This document shows, one piece after another, positions 9,844-20,099 of a DNA stretch of 64,000 nucleotides; within the stretch, counting starts at the first letter, position 1, and every line of letters begins with the position of its first letter. A program made the translations under genes and the position numbers. The notes under the pieces are model-generated. The model was given only the letters and a program-made list of their open reading frames with translations. It made no database searches and was not told the origin of the DNA. Origin of the DNA: a virus; the IMG/VR virus record IMGVR_UViG_3300031918_000005, positions 32,001 to 96,000 of that record; one strand, written 5' to 3'.

Positions 9844-11460
9844 ATGAATAATAATGTAAAACAAAAAATCTACGAGCGGTGGACACCAAAATTAGAAAAA
9901 CGCTTCGCTGACAAAGGTGTGAAAATCAATGAAAGCAAGTTAAAAACTATCGCTTTAATGGCGCATACTCGTTCAGTGTTTGAAGCTGCTACTACTGCTA
10001 ATACTCCTGGTAAGGGTATGTTCTCTTTTGGTAATAATCCAGCTGATGCAGGTGATGCTTCAAGAGGCAGTGCCGAAATGTTGCAAAAATTATTCGGTGT
10101 ATTTGTTGATGTATCTGCAGCTACTGCTGGTCTTGATTTGTTGACAACTTTGCCGATGACAAAATCATCTATTATGGTGGTGGTTGCTGAACCAGTTTAT
10201 GCTGGTGGTAAAAAAGATTCTATCACTGACCGCTTACCAGTTTTCCAAGTGAAAACTACTGGTACTGCTACTGCTCCTTATACTGCAGGTGCTACTATCG
10301 TTCTTGGTGACTTAACAGTCAAATTTGTTGGTAAACACTACTATAACGGTAATTATATCTTACAATTAGTATCTGTTGCCTCTGCCTCTGCCTCAAAAAC
10401 TGTTGCTGAAATCATTGATGACTTAGCTACTCCAGTTAACGGTTTAACTTATGATGCAACAACTGTTGATTATGTTAACGGTTTCACAAACTTTGTATCA
10501 GGTTTCACTGGTGCTGGTCATGACAATGATACACCACTTTCTACTTCTCGTAATAATGGTAAAACATTAGCAAGCCCATTATCTCGTGAAGTTGGTGAAA
10601 CTGCAAGTGTTAATAATTATTCTGCAAGAATGTGGAATGAAAACTTCTCTGCTGGTACTTACCATGCAACAGTTGATTTCACTATTGAACAAATCCAAGA
10701 TGCTAAAATGGATCATGATTTTGACATGCTTGAATTTGGTGATACCATTTTACAAGATGCTCTTGCTCAATCTTTGAACAACCATATCTTGAGTTATATT
10801 TTTGCTGCAGGATGGCAACATCATGTAAATGTGAATGCAGTAACAGGTAAATCTTTGAACTGTTACATTGCTCCTTCTTCTGAAACTTCAGGTGGATATT
10901 CCTTCGTTAACTTGAAAGAAGAAACTAAAACAATTGCAGGTACTGCAGGTGTTTTACCAGCTACTGGTGCTATTGCTGAAAACTTATCAACTTTACAACG
11001 CAGAATTGTTTCTCGTATGTATTACACAGCAAGTATCGTTAAAAATCGTGGTCGTAATGGCATCGCTAATACTTCTGTTATGAATGGTACAAATGCAACC
11101 GCAATTCGTGATGTAAAAGGTTATACCATTGCTCCAGTTGAAGGAGAAATTCTTGGTGGTGATAACAATCTTGGTTTGATCGGTAATGTTAATGGAATTA
11201 ACATTTATGAGGATGGTTTGATGGATTTGAGCGATGGTCGTATCTCTGTTTTCAAAAAATCATTAGAAGGTAAACCAGGACTTTTCTTCTGCCCTTATAT
11301 TTTAGCTGAAAAGGTTACAGCAGTTGTTGAAGGTTTGATGTCGCAAAAAAGCTTGTTGAAATCTCGTTACAGCATAGCTGTTGCAGGTTCACAACCTGAA
11401 TCGCAATATATGACTTTCGTTGTTGAAACGAATGTTGATGGTGGTTACGACTTAGTATAA
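9844..11460 (+). CDS. major capsid protein (gp23-like)
   Basis: FTIEQIQD, GLFFCPYI, LKSRYSI motifs typical of gp23; follows the protease. Confidence 0.9.
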   Translation: MNNNVKQKIYERWTPKLEKRFADKGVKINESKLKTIALMAHTRSVFEAATTANTPGKGMFSFGNNPADAGDASRGSAEMLQKLFGVFVDVSAATAGLDLLTTLPMTKSSIMVVVAEPVYAGGKKDSITDRLPVFQVKTTGTATAPYTAGATIVLGDLTVKFVGKHYYNGNYILQLVSVASASASKTVAEIIDDLATPVNGLTYDATTVDYVNGFTNFVSGFTGAGHDNDTPLSTSRNNGKTLASPLSREVGETASVNNYSARMWNENFSAGTYHATVDFTIEQIQDAKMDHDFDMLEFGDTILQDALAQSLNNHILSYIFAAGWQHHVNVNAVTGKSLNCYIAPSSETSGGYSFVNLKEETKTIAGTAGVLPATGAIAENLSTLQRRIVSRMYYTASIVKNRGRNGIANTSVMNGTNATAIRDVKGYTIAPVEGEILGGDNNLGLIGNVNGINIYEDGLMDLSDGRISVFKKSLEGKPGLFFCPYILAEKVTAVVEGLMSQKSLLKSRYSIAVAGSQPESQYMTFVVETNVDGGYDLV

Positions 11461-11477
11461 TCAACAATCCACATATA

Positions 11478-11513
11478 AAAAAAGTCCAACGAAATCAATC
11501 GTTGGACTTTTTT
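11478..11513. terminator. bidirectional intrinsic terminator
   Basis: AAAAAAGTCCAACGA...TCGTTGGACTTTTTT between convergent genes. Confidence 0.85.
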
Positions 11514-11520
11514 GTTATTT

Positions 11521-11580
11521 CTACACCGATAAAAATATTTTAATGTAAGGAACGTATATCGTCTACAGTTGGTGATATAT
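11521..11580 (-). repeat. dispersed repeat, copy 2 (overlaps 3' end of CDS)
   Basis: CCAACTGTAGACGATATACGTTCCTTACATT...TCGGTGTAG(AAAT). Confidence 0.6.
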
Positions 11581-11839
11581 CTTCATCTAATGTATTGAGA
11601 TAAGCTTCAAATTTTTCTATACCTTCACGCAATTTTTTAAATTTTTCTTTTGCTTCTTTTACACCGTTTTTATCCCTCAAAAGATTACCTCTCAAACGGA
11701 TACCAGTATTACAATCATGTATCCTGAATTTATATTCACCATTTGGATACATTTTTACATGATACATTGAACATGCTAAAATCGAATCTTTTATAAGAAA
11801 TTCCTTTTCATTATAGAATAATTCTGTACGTTCAGCCAT
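11540..11839 (-). CDS. hypothetical protein
   Basis: 99-aa ORF between MCP and sheath. Confidence 0.65.
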   Translation of the reverse strand: MAERTELFYNEKEFLIKDSILACSMYHVKMYPNGEYKFRIHDCNTGIRLRGNLLRDKNGVKEAKEKFKKLREGIEKFEAYLNTLDEDISPTVDDIRSLH

Positions 11840-11934
11840 ATTTGTTTATATTTTGTTGATTTTTATATATATTATTTTATATTATTTTCATTACTTATAT
11901 ATATGTCAATTCAACATATATCACACAATGTTAG

Positions 11935-11946
11935 TAAATAATTAAA
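11935..11946 (+). promoter_or_regulatory. late promoter motif
   Basis: TAAATAATTAAA about 30 bp upstream of the sheath ATG. Confidence 0.7.
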
Positions 11947-11976
11947 TTTTTATTATTAATTAAACATTATTATACC

Positions 11977-14900
11977 ATGGCTAAAACAACGATTACGTTA
12001 AGTGACCTACGTTACAAATATCAGGGTGCTGGTGTTTGGACTATAATTGATGATGATTCGGCAACTCCTCAACCAGTTAATAACAAGCAAATATGTTTGG
12101 TAGCTGGCTCATCAAAAATAGGTCACATAAATAGACCTTTTTATGTTGAAAAAGGCGATATTAAAACTTTTAGAAATATGTTTGGCACAGTCGATAAAAG
12201 TCTTGAAAGAAAAGGATCATTCTTCCATCGTTCGGCAGAAATTGCACTTAAGGAATCTGCTATTCTTGCAATGAACTTAATTCCTTTAACAAACAATATT
12301 GATGATGGAGGTGATCCAACAGCTGATGCCGATACGGCACAATATCAATCTTTCTCCTTGGATTCCAATGCAAACAATTCTACCAAAAAAACAAAATTGT
12401 TAGCTAGTTATTACCAAAAAGAAAGATTTTATATTCCTTCAAAAGATTATTTATTGGCTACAAGAGATATAGCCGATAAATCAAAACTTCTTTCGCTTGT
12501 GAATTTAGGAAACCAAAAAATATCTTTCATAATCAAAAAATATGAAGCAAAAAGATATGATATTCAAGTTCGTGACTGGTATAAAGATGATGAAATCCCA
12601 GCATATTTAAATCCATCGGATTTAATTTCTGATTATTTTATTGAAATTATTGGTATTATTGGTGATTTTTCTTCAAATAAGTATGAATCATTATCTGTTG
12701 ATACAACTTTCAGTACATATTTCACAAAAGATGGTCTTATTGCTAGTCAAATTGAAAACTTCCTTGCTAACCAAGAAGTATCAACAAAATTTAGAGTGAG
12801 TGGCATTGTTATACCCAATTTTGTTGATAAAGATGGAACTAATTTATCTATTGATTCTCAAATCAATTCAGCAGTTCTTAATTTTGGTGTTATTTGTGCG
12901 ATCGATGAAGAACAACTCGACTCGTTTGAATATGGTGATGAAACTGGATATCTAGACCTTGTTGGCCATAGATTAATCAATAGTGATAAGACTTCTATTG
13001 ATATGTTGAGCTATAAGGCATCTTTAACAAATGCTTATACATTTGATACAGTTACAGAAAATGTTGCTAATTTTTTTGACACAGAAAGTTCTTACTTATC
13101 AATTACTTATTTACCTAAAAAGGCCGTCATTACAGTTTTAGCTGGATATGCTGGATTTGAAACTTTAAAAGGAAACTTGGAAGTTGGCCAAGTTATTATG
13201 GGTACAACAACTGCTGCTGGTATCACTGCTGGTATCACAGATGCTTCACAAGAACTTGTAATTAAAAGTGTTGCAAAATTCACAAATCAAGTTATCATAG
13301 AAGTTGGTAATACAAACAAAGATTTAGAAACCTCTATAAGTTATGTTGATATTAATGATGGTGCACTTTATATTTTATCATCACCAATATTCAAATTATA
13401 TTCAGATAATACTTACGCAATCGCTGGAAAAGATTCGGAATTTATGGCTGCATTCAATAATGGTTTCGTCAAAAATGGTGATAGAGTTGTTATTGGTGGT
13501 GTTGAACATTTTATCAATGTAACTAACATTATTGGTTATAACAATTATAGTGGTGTTAACACATTCGGTGAATACAACAGAATTGATGTTTATACAACAG
13601 AAGCTATGACAACTAAAGCTACTGCATTAGTTTTAGCTAACTTATTTGCTGTCGGTGTTGCAAGCTTTGTAGCCACTCAAGAGGTATTATCTTCAAGAGT
13701 TGAAATACTTGAGCAAACAAACCCAAACACTGTTGTTATTTCAAATACATACGCAAGTTCACTTGCAGTTGGGAAATACTTGGTTGGTGGTTCTGATACT
13801 GAAAATCCAATATTATCAAGAATTACTTCAATACGTAATACTATTGTTGGTAGTGGCTTGGTTAATAATGCATTGATTGTTACTTGTGCAGATACAATTA
13901 CAATTACTAACATTCTTGGCAATGATACAGTTGAGGTGTTTAACAAATTTGGTTCTGTTGCTATAAATTTAAGCGTATTTTGCTTGGATGGATTTAGAAT
14001 ACAACAAGCTTCTTTGCCTGATAAAACCAATGCAAGAGTTCAAAAAATTTATAAAACCATTACCGAAACTTCAATTGGTAATGCTCTAGTAGATCCTGAA
14101 TTGGTCAATTTCCGTTACTTCATAGATACATTCAATAATGGTCTTGAAGCAGGTAGTAAATCTTATTTAACAGCATTCTTTAAGCGTAGACAAAAATGTT
14201 TAGGTTTATTGAATACACCATCCATAAGCGAATTTAAAAATTCAACAAATCCAAGATTTACTACATCACCAACTGCTGAAGATCCGCTTCCTGAACTTAA
14301 TGTTGACTTCATAGTTACAGGTGGTAATATTGATGAAAACCCTGATTGGTTATATTCATTACCTAATGAGATTGATGGGGCTAGTTTTGCTGGTTACTTT
14401 TTCCCAAATATCAATGTTCGTGATTCCGATGGTACAACAAATTCTGTTCCACCTGCAGCTTTTGCTTCCAACGCATTTATGCGTAAATTTGGAACTGTCG
14501 ATGAACACAAGCCAGCTGCAGGTATCATAAGAGGTGTTATTTCGGGTGATGGTGTTACTGGAACAGATTACACTATGCTTGTCGATGAATACAGAACACT
14601 TATCGAATTTGGTATTAACCCGATTATTAGCAAAAGTGGTCAACTTGTAATTTACGGAAATGAAACATCTTATAAAAAGTACATTTCTGCTCTTAATAAC
14701 TTAAATGTTAGAGATTCATTAATCACTTTTGAGATTGATACAACAAATCTTATCGAGCCTTATGTATTTGATTTTAACGATGATATTATGCGCTCTACTT
14801 TGTCAACAATACTTCGCAAGTACTATGATACAATGAAAGATACTTATAGAATTCTTGAAAGTTATGAATTGATTTTTGATAGGAGTAATAATCCAGATGC

Positions 14901-15027
14901 TTTCATTGATGCTGGAGCAGCAATTGTTGATACAGTTGTTGTGTTCACTGGTATTGCTAAAAAGTTTATAAATAGAATAACAATTAAAGGAAGAACAGTT
15001 ACTTCTTCTTCTTTTATATCAATTTAA
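11977..15027 (+). CDS. tail sheath protein (gp18-like)
   Basis: GAGVWTII N-terminus; VPPAAF, PAAGIIRG, GINPI, LNVRD, FDFND C-terminal sheath motifs. Confidence 0.9.
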   Translation: MAKTTITLSDLRYKYQGAGVWTIIDDDSATPQPVNNKQICLVAGSSKIGHINRPFYVEKGDIKTFRNMFGTVDKSLERKGSFFHRSAEIALKESAILAMNLIPLTNNIDDGGDPTADADTAQYQSFSLDSNANNSTKKTKLLASYYQKERFYIPSKDYLLATRDIADKSKLLSLVNLGNQKISFIIKKYEAKRYDIQVRDWYKDDEIPAYLNPSDLISDYFIEIIGIIGDFSSNKYESLSVDTTFSTYFTKDGLIASQIENFLANQEVSTKFRVSGIVIPNFVDKDGTNLSIDSQINSAVLNFGVICAIDEEQLDSFEYGDETGYLDLVGHRLINSDKTSIDMLSYKASLTNAYTFDTVTENVANFFDTESSYLSITYLPKKAVITVLAGYAGFETLKGNLEVGQVIMGTTTAAGITAGITDASQELVIKSVAKFTNQVIIEVGNTNKDLETSISYVDINDGALYILSSPIFKLYSDNTYAIAGKDSEFMAAFNNGFVKNGDRVVIGGVEHFINVTNIIGYNNYSGVNTFGEYNRIDVYTTEAMTTKATALVLANLFAVGVASFVATQEVLSSRVEILEQTNPNTVVISNTYASSLAVGKYLVGGSDTENPILSRITSIRNTIVGSGLVNNALIVTCADTITITNILGNDTVEVFNKFGSVAINLSVFCLDGFRIQQASLPDKTNARVQKIYKTITETSIGNALVDPELVNFRYFIDTFNNGLEAGSKSYLTAFFKRRQKCLGLLNTPSISEFKNSTNPRFTTSPTAEDPLPELNVDFIVTGGNIDENPDWLYSLPNEIDGASFAGYFFPNINVRDSDGTTNSVPPAAFASNAFMRKFGTVDEHKPAAGIIRGVISGDGVTGTDYTMLVDEYRTLIEFGINPIISKSGQLVIYGNETSYKKYISALNNLNVRDSLITFEIDTTNLIEPYVFDFNDDIMRSTLSTILRKYYDTMKDTYRILESYELIFDRSNNPDAFIDAGAAIVDTVVVFTGIAKKFINRITIKGRTVTSSSFISI

Positions 15028-15046
15028 TTTATTCTAATATAAAATT

Positions 15047-15082
15047 AAAAAAGCCCATGACTAAAAATCATGGGCTTTTTTA
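15047..15082 (+). terminator. intrinsic terminator
   Basis: AAAAAAGCCCATGA...TCATGGGCTTTTTT. Confidence 0.85.
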
Positions 15083-15120
15083 TTGATTATTCATATTGTG
15101 CTTTGATATAAATTAAAAAA

Positions 15121-15276
15121 ATGGCTGAAGCAACAAATCTCAACATTACATTTTGTACAAATATTGAATGTACTTTATCTTGCAAAAGAAAAGATAAACC
15201 AAAAAAACACACCAAAAATGTTGTTTATAAGCTGTTTATGCCAGCAAGTGAGTTTATGTGTAAATTTAGAATTTAA
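15121..15276 (+). CDS. 51-aa Cys-rich protein (absent from ORF track)
   Basis: MAEATNLNITFCTNIECTLSCKRK...FMCKFRI*, A-rich leader. Confidence 0.55.
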   Translation: MAEATNLNITFCTNIECTLSCKRKDKPKKHTKNVVYKLFMPASEFMCKFRI

Positions 15277-15286
15277 TATACTTAAT

Positions 15287-15901
15287 ATGAGGAATGATAG
15301 AATAATTTTCTTAAATGAAAATTTAGACCAATTTGATATAAGCACTTGTGAATATATAGGTATTGAAAAAGTTTCATCTATACCAAAGTATAATATAAAT
15401 AACGTAATAATTTTGAAATCTATAGATGATTTTGATACTGTTGAAGTTATGTTCCATTTCGTTGGTAAGACAAATGGAAAAAATTATTACTTCTTGATAA
15501 ATGACTTTGGATTTATGAAATATTCTGTGTATTTTTCTGAAAAATACAATTTACTCCCTATTATTGAAGAATATAATTCTGTGTCATTAAGTCTTCATGC
15601 GTACAATAATGCAATTAAAATTGATATTGATAGAGATGCATTGCATATCCAGCATAAACTTGGAATGTCAATACTTTCACTTGTTGATTTTAAAGATAAA
15701 TTATCAAAATACTATCCTGAAGTATACACATCATTTATCGATGAACTCGAAGATTTTTCCTACAAGATGATTATCAAAAAAGAAGATTTGAAAGATATTG
15801 ATGAAACCATGATGATCAAACTTCAAAAACAATTTAGTACAAAAACACTTGAAAATGGTTTTGTGGAATTTTATAAATTGAAATTCTCTTACGAAAAATA
15901 A
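15287..15901 (+). CDS. hypothetical protein
   Basis: probable start MRNDR, after the 51-aa ORF. Confidence 0.6.
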   Translation: MRNDRIIFLNENLDQFDISTCEYIGIEKVSSIPKYNINNVIILKSIDDFDTVEVMFHFVGKTNGKNYYFLINDFGFMKYSVYFSEKYNLLPIIEEYNSVSLSLHAYNNAIKIDIDRDALHIQHKLGMSILSLVDFKDKLSKYYPEVYTSFIDELEDFSYKMIIKKEDLKDIDETMMIKLQKQFSTKTLENGFVEFYKLKFSYEK

Positions 15902-15920
15902 TAATTTAATATTTAATATC

Positions 15921-16274
15921 ATGAAAGCTATTATCATTTCATTTACATTAAAAAATCAGGATTTTGGTAGAATAAAACCAGTAATTGAAAAAATTGCAAA
16001 AGAAAATCCTAATACAATCCTAATACATGGATTTTTACCGAGAAAAGAAGTTATTGAAAAGGGGTTTTCAACAGAAGTCGTTGATGTATTAGAATCAAAT
16101 TTTCCAGTTCAATTGAATATGTATGATAAAGGTGTACTAAGACTTGAAATGGGTTATATAGGTAAAAAACTTGGAGCTGAAGTACATATCATTGGTCAAA
16201 ACATTGATGGTGTATATGAAGAATGCCAACAATACTGTTGGAATAAGTTACCGATAATTCATCATACAATATAA
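15921..16274 (+). CDS. hypothetical protein
   Basis: 117-aa ORF. Confidence 0.65.
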   Translation: MKAIIISFTLKNQDFGRIKPVIEKIAKENPNTILIHGFLPRKEVIEKGFSTEVVDVLESNFPVQLNMYDKGVLRLEMGYIGKKLGAEVHIIGQNIDGVYEECQQYCWNKLPIIHHTI

Positions 16275-16281
16275 TACCAAG

Positions 16282-16345
16282 AACACTTCCCGACTTCACA
16301 TGATATATTTTCCTTTAATTCATACCATTTTGTCGGTGTTGAAAT
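16282..16345 (+). repeat. dispersed repeat, copy 3
   Basis: AACACTTCCCGACTTCACATGATATATTTTCCTTTAATTCA...GTCGGTGTTGAAAT. Confidence 0.7.
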
Positions 16346-16349
16346 AAAC

Positions 16350-16384
16350 AAGAGGCTCTTCGAAATCAATGAAGAGCCTCTTTT
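16350..16384. terminator. intrinsic terminator
   Basis: AAGAGGCTCTTC...GAAGAGCCTCTTTT. Confidence 0.8.
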
Positions 16385-16401
16385 GTATATGATTTATTTG
16401 T

Positions 16402-17022
16402 TTAATGAATCAACAATGAATTGATGTATTGATAATTGATAATTGACAAAAATCTACCAAGCGGTAATTCTTTAACAGTTTTTGAATCATCATTATTGAA
16501 GATGTAATATTTTGTATCTTTTGTGTTTAAATTTCTTACAATTTTGAAACATATGGTAGGTATCATAGTTTTTCCTATTTTTCCTATAAAATTATATCCA
16601 CCACATATTATCAATAAACTATCGGTTTGTGATAATTTTCTTATACTTGATTCATATTTACTCCAAATCCCTCTATTAAGATTTGGTCTTTGAGGTATTG
16701 TATTGTAAAATTTAAAAGTTGATTTTTCTTTATCACAATCGAATGCAAAATCTTCAGCATTACATAAATGACCTATATCATAACCCGAATGATTGTAATC
16801 GTCATAAGTTGAAGTTTGTAACACCTTATCAGATTCAAAATTCATACCTTTTCTACTACAAACACCACCACCTTTATAAAGCTTGTAAACCACAAACAAT
16901 GGTGTATGTGTTTTGTAGCTGTAATAGCTGGTATAAATTGGAGTTGTTATGATTGTGTCAACACTTTGAGAAAAACAAAGTGTTGACACAAATAAAAATA
17001 TCAATATTGACAATTTTTTCAT
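16402..17022 (-). CDS. secreted DNA/RNA non-specific endonuclease (NucA/EndA family)
   Basis: signal peptide; GYDIGHL, STFKFYNTIPQ..NLNRGIWSKYE, IPTICFK. Confidence 0.85.
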   Translation of the reverse strand: MKKLSILIFLFVSTLCFSQSVDTIITTPIYTSYYSYKTHTPLFVVYKLYKGGGVCSRKGMNFESDKVLQTSTYDDYNHSGYDIGHLCNAEDFAFDCDKEKSTFKFYNTIPQRPNLNRGIWSKYESSIRKLSQTDSLLIICGGYNFIGKIGKTMIPTICFKIVRNLNTKDTKYYIFNNDDSKTVKELPLGRFLSIINYQYINSLLIH

Positions 17023-17024
17023 AA

Positions 17025-17621
17025 TTAAAATTCTTTAATTAAGCAATAAGATACTCGTTTTTGAGCACCAATCAAATTTAAAATTTTATAATATGAACTT
17101 AATACATTACATACCTGACAACCCATACTCCATGTTCCTACAGTTGGTGCTACAAAACTTGATACAGTTTTTGCATCAGAATTATAACTAGCTGTATGAA
17201 AATTAAGTCCTATAACACCAGTGTGTATTTTACCTATTTCTTCAGCAATTTTATCACCATCATTATCACGATAATAATTAACATTACCAACTTGAACAAG
17301 TGCTCTCATCTTTCCTTTATGTAGTCCAGGAGTCCATAAATCATAATACCAATTATCATCAGCCATAACAGCAATACCATCGGTTTGATATTTTTTATAG
17401 TCAATAAGACCAGCAGAACCTGGATTTGTTGTTATTGAGGTAACCGATAAACAATTTTCACCTTCAAATAAATAGACTTTATCACAAAATGTATTTGGTA
17501 TAATAGTTGAAGCACGAACACCTAACAACCACTTTGTTGGTGGTATTCCATTGAATCCTGCAGTCAATTTGACTTTTTCTAATAATTCTTTGTCTGTGTA
17601 ATTTTTAACATTTGTTGCCAT
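17025..17621 (-). CDS. putative cell-wall peptidase/endolysin with YkuD-like H...SxGC motif
   Basis: IGLNFH...VGTWSMGCQV; downstream of gp5-like gene. Confidence 0.5.
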   Translation of the reverse strand: MATNVKNYTDKELLEKVKLTAGFNGIPPTKWLLGVRASTIIPNTFCDKVYLFEGENCLSVTSITTNPGSAGLIDYKKYQTDGIAVMADDNWYYDLWTPGLHKGKMRALVQVGNVNYYRDNDGDKIAEEIGKIHTGVIGLNFHTASYNSDAKTVSSFVAPTVGTWSMGCQVCNVLSSYYKILNLIGAQKRVSYCLIKEF

Positions 17622-17631
17622 AATTTTTAAA

Positions 17632-18444
17632 TTAAGGGGTTGTTGTTACTGTTTTTGAAAGTATTTGTTTTTCTAATTGATTTACAAGTGTTAACGCTGT
17701 AGCATCTATAGGTAATTTAGCATTTATAATAGTTGCTAAACCTTTTAAAAGTATCATCATTGGTTCACCATTCATATTTGCATAAATTGGATTAGCACCA
17801 ATTTTTGTATCATCACCATTAACATGAACAGTTTGAGCATTAACAGTGCAATTATTTTGACATGTTATATCTATACCACCCTTTGATAATATAGTTATTT
17901 GAGAACCTTGCATTTCTATTTCGGAATTGGAATCTTTATTTTTGAAATAAATCCTATCTGCATCATCCGAAATAGAAATCACTGCTCTTTTTAAGTCAAT
18001 GAGAAATCCTGATTTCTTGGTATAATGTATCTGTATATCATGTTCCTCATCTTCATCATACAACAATGAATGTACACCATTTGGATTATCTTTTATCAGC
18101 TTCTTAAGTCCACTTGTTAATGTTTCAGGAGCAAAATATCTTTGGTGGTAAAAATCATTCATGAAAATAACTCTAACCTTTACACCTATTTTTGGAGTAC
18201 TGTATGCTCCACCACCGTTTTTACTACCAAATGAAAGTGGTAAAAGTGGATATGCATAAGGTAAATTTTCAGTCTTTATTTCACCGATTTCTGATGATGT
18301 AAGACCATAAATTTTCAATTTTATTGCGCCATTACCTTCTGAAAGTTTATCTATATCAGCAATTTCAGCAATATATGAGTTATCGATAATATCTTTTATT
18401 TCGGTAAATCTATTCTTTAATATTTTATCTTTGTTACCCGACAT
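17632..18444 (-). CDS. baseplate hub/spike (gp5/gpV-like)
   Basis: G.IKLKIYG, LPYAYP, STPKIGVKVRVIF OB-fold motifs, then beta-helix-like repeats. Confidence 0.75.
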   Translation of the reverse strand: MSGNKDKILKNRFTEIKDIIDNSYIAEIADIDKLSEGNGAIKLKIYGLTSSEIGEIKTENLPYAYPLLPLSFGSKNGGGAYSTPKIGVKVRVIFMNDFYHQRYFAPETLTSGLKKLIKDNPNGVHSLLYDEDEEHDIQIHYTKKSGFLIDLKRAVISISDDADRIYFKNKDSNSEIEMQGSQITILSKGGIDITCQNNCTVNAQTVHVNGDDTKIGANPIYANMNGEPMMILLKGLATIINAKLPIDATALTLVNQLEKQILSKTVTTTP

Positions 18445-18456
18445 ATGAGTTTTATT

Positions 18457-20043
18457 TTATTTATTATATTCATAAACATCTATCCCACAATTATAAATTC
18501 TTGGCATCGTGTCATTTTCTCGTTTATATCCTTGATTTAATTTACGAATTGATTGCTTGGAAACACGAATATGGTTTTTTTCATTCAAAAATTGATAATT
18601 AGGTTTATTTCTTCTCACGAATTCAAATCCAAGTCTTTCATAAATTTTGCCTGTGAATAACGAGATATCACAATAAGTAATTATTTTACAAAATTCATTA
18701 TTATTTATATAATGTTTAAATAATTTTTCAGCACCACCAATAATTGTTGTATTAAGTTTTATAGCATAACGTTGTAAAATATTTCCTTTAAACGACATTA
18801 ATGAAACAAGTTCGCTATTATAATAAAGTCCATAACAAATTGATTGTGTCATTATTTTACCATTAATATGATTTTCCTCAAGAAATTTATTTGTATTATC
18901 CAAATTTACTTCTTTAATTTCACATTTTCTTGCAAATATTTTATGATTTAACTGTGGAGAAATGGTTGTTTGTAATATAGATTTAATCATGTTAATTTTG
19001 TAAACCCAATCATCTTCGAAAATATGAATTAAACGAATTCCTTTTTCATTACAAAGTTCTGATTTCATTTTATGATAATTATCTTTTACAATATAATCAC
19101 TATGCCAATAAAGACCATTGTACTCAATAGCCAAATTTAGTTCAGGAATATAAATATCAAGTTCATAAGGAAAAATCAATTCTTTTTTTCTAACATTTTC
19201 TTGTATAAATTTCTTGTATATAGAAGAAATAAAATTAGCAAGCTGCTTTTCTCCATTGGAAAAATATTTTTCCAATGGATTACATTTTGTACATATTTCA
19301 TGATTTGATGTATTTCTTTGATAGTAAACACTTGAATTTATATCAAATTCTCGATTACATTTTGGACATTTTAAAACAAAAAGTCTACTTTCGGGTAATT
19401 TTTTGATAACAGTATAATCATTATTACCATCTTCGTGTAATCTTATTTGAAAATCTTGTATATATTTTTTATGTTTGTTGTTCTTATATTCATCTGTTTG
19501 AGTATAATGATTAGTACCATATTTTTCTAAACATTTTTGTTTTAAGTTTTTTTTATATTCATCTGTTTTAAAATATGAATCAACCCCATATTTATCCAAA
19601 CACATGGATTTTATTCTTTCAGAAAATCCATTTATTTGTGAAATACTTTCAACACCATACTTATCCAAACATGTTTGCTTGTGTTTGGAAATTATATGTT
19701 TGGATTTCATTGCGTTTTCAACCCCATATTTATCCAAACATGTTTGTTTGGATTTTGAAATTACATCATTGGATTTTGAATATATATTTTGGCATATTTT
19801 TGAACAAGTGTTTGAATAATACTTGTTTCTATCAAAATTTGTTGGTTTACCACATATTATACATTTTGATAATTCAAAATTGTTGTTTTTTATATGCCAA
19901 ATTCTTTGTAATAATGATATTTTATTATAATTAGAATCAAGAAAAAAGGTTATTGAAACAATTTCTTGATATTCTTTGTGTTTATAATAAAATTGTTGTG
20001 GTAAGGATTTGTATTGATTGTACCAACTTACTAAATGATTCAT
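18457..20043 (-). CDS. Hef-like homing endonuclease: Zn ribbon + CLDKYGV repeats + PD-(D/E)XK nuclease + GNAT-like C-terminus
   Basis: four (K)xxCL(D/E)KYG repeats; ELDIYIPELNLAIEYNGLYWHS; IFARKC..., YCD...GKIYERLGF. Confidence 0.75.
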   Translation of the reverse strand: MNHLVSWYNQYKSLPQQFYYKHKEYQEIVSITFFLDSNYNKISLLQRIWHIKNNNFELSKCIICGKPTNFDRNKYYSNTCSKICQNIYSKSNDVISKSKQTCLDKYGVENAMKSKHIISKHKQTCLDKYGVESISQINGFSERIKSMCLDKYGVDSYFKTDEYKKNLKQKCLEKYGTNHYTQTDEYKNNKHKKYIQDFQIRLHEDGNNDYTVIKKLPESRLFVLKCPKCNREFDINSSVYYQRNTSNHEICTKCNPLEKYFSNGEKQLANFISSIYKKFIQENVRKKELIFPYELDIYIPELNLAIEYNGLYWHSDYIVKDNYHKMKSELCNEKGIRLIHIFEDDWVYKINMIKSILQTTISPQLNHKIFARKCEIKEVNLDNTNKFLEENHINGKIMTQSICYGLYYNSELVSLMSFKGNILQRYAIKLNTTIIGGAEKLFKHYINNNEFCKIITYCDISLFTGKIYERLGFEFVRRNKPNYQFLNEKNHIRVSKQSIRKLNQGYKRENDTMPRIYNCGIDVYEYNK

Positions 20044-20099
20044 ATTTTAGTTTTTTATTATTTAGTAATAAAATATAAATCATTTTCAATCCTAAACAT

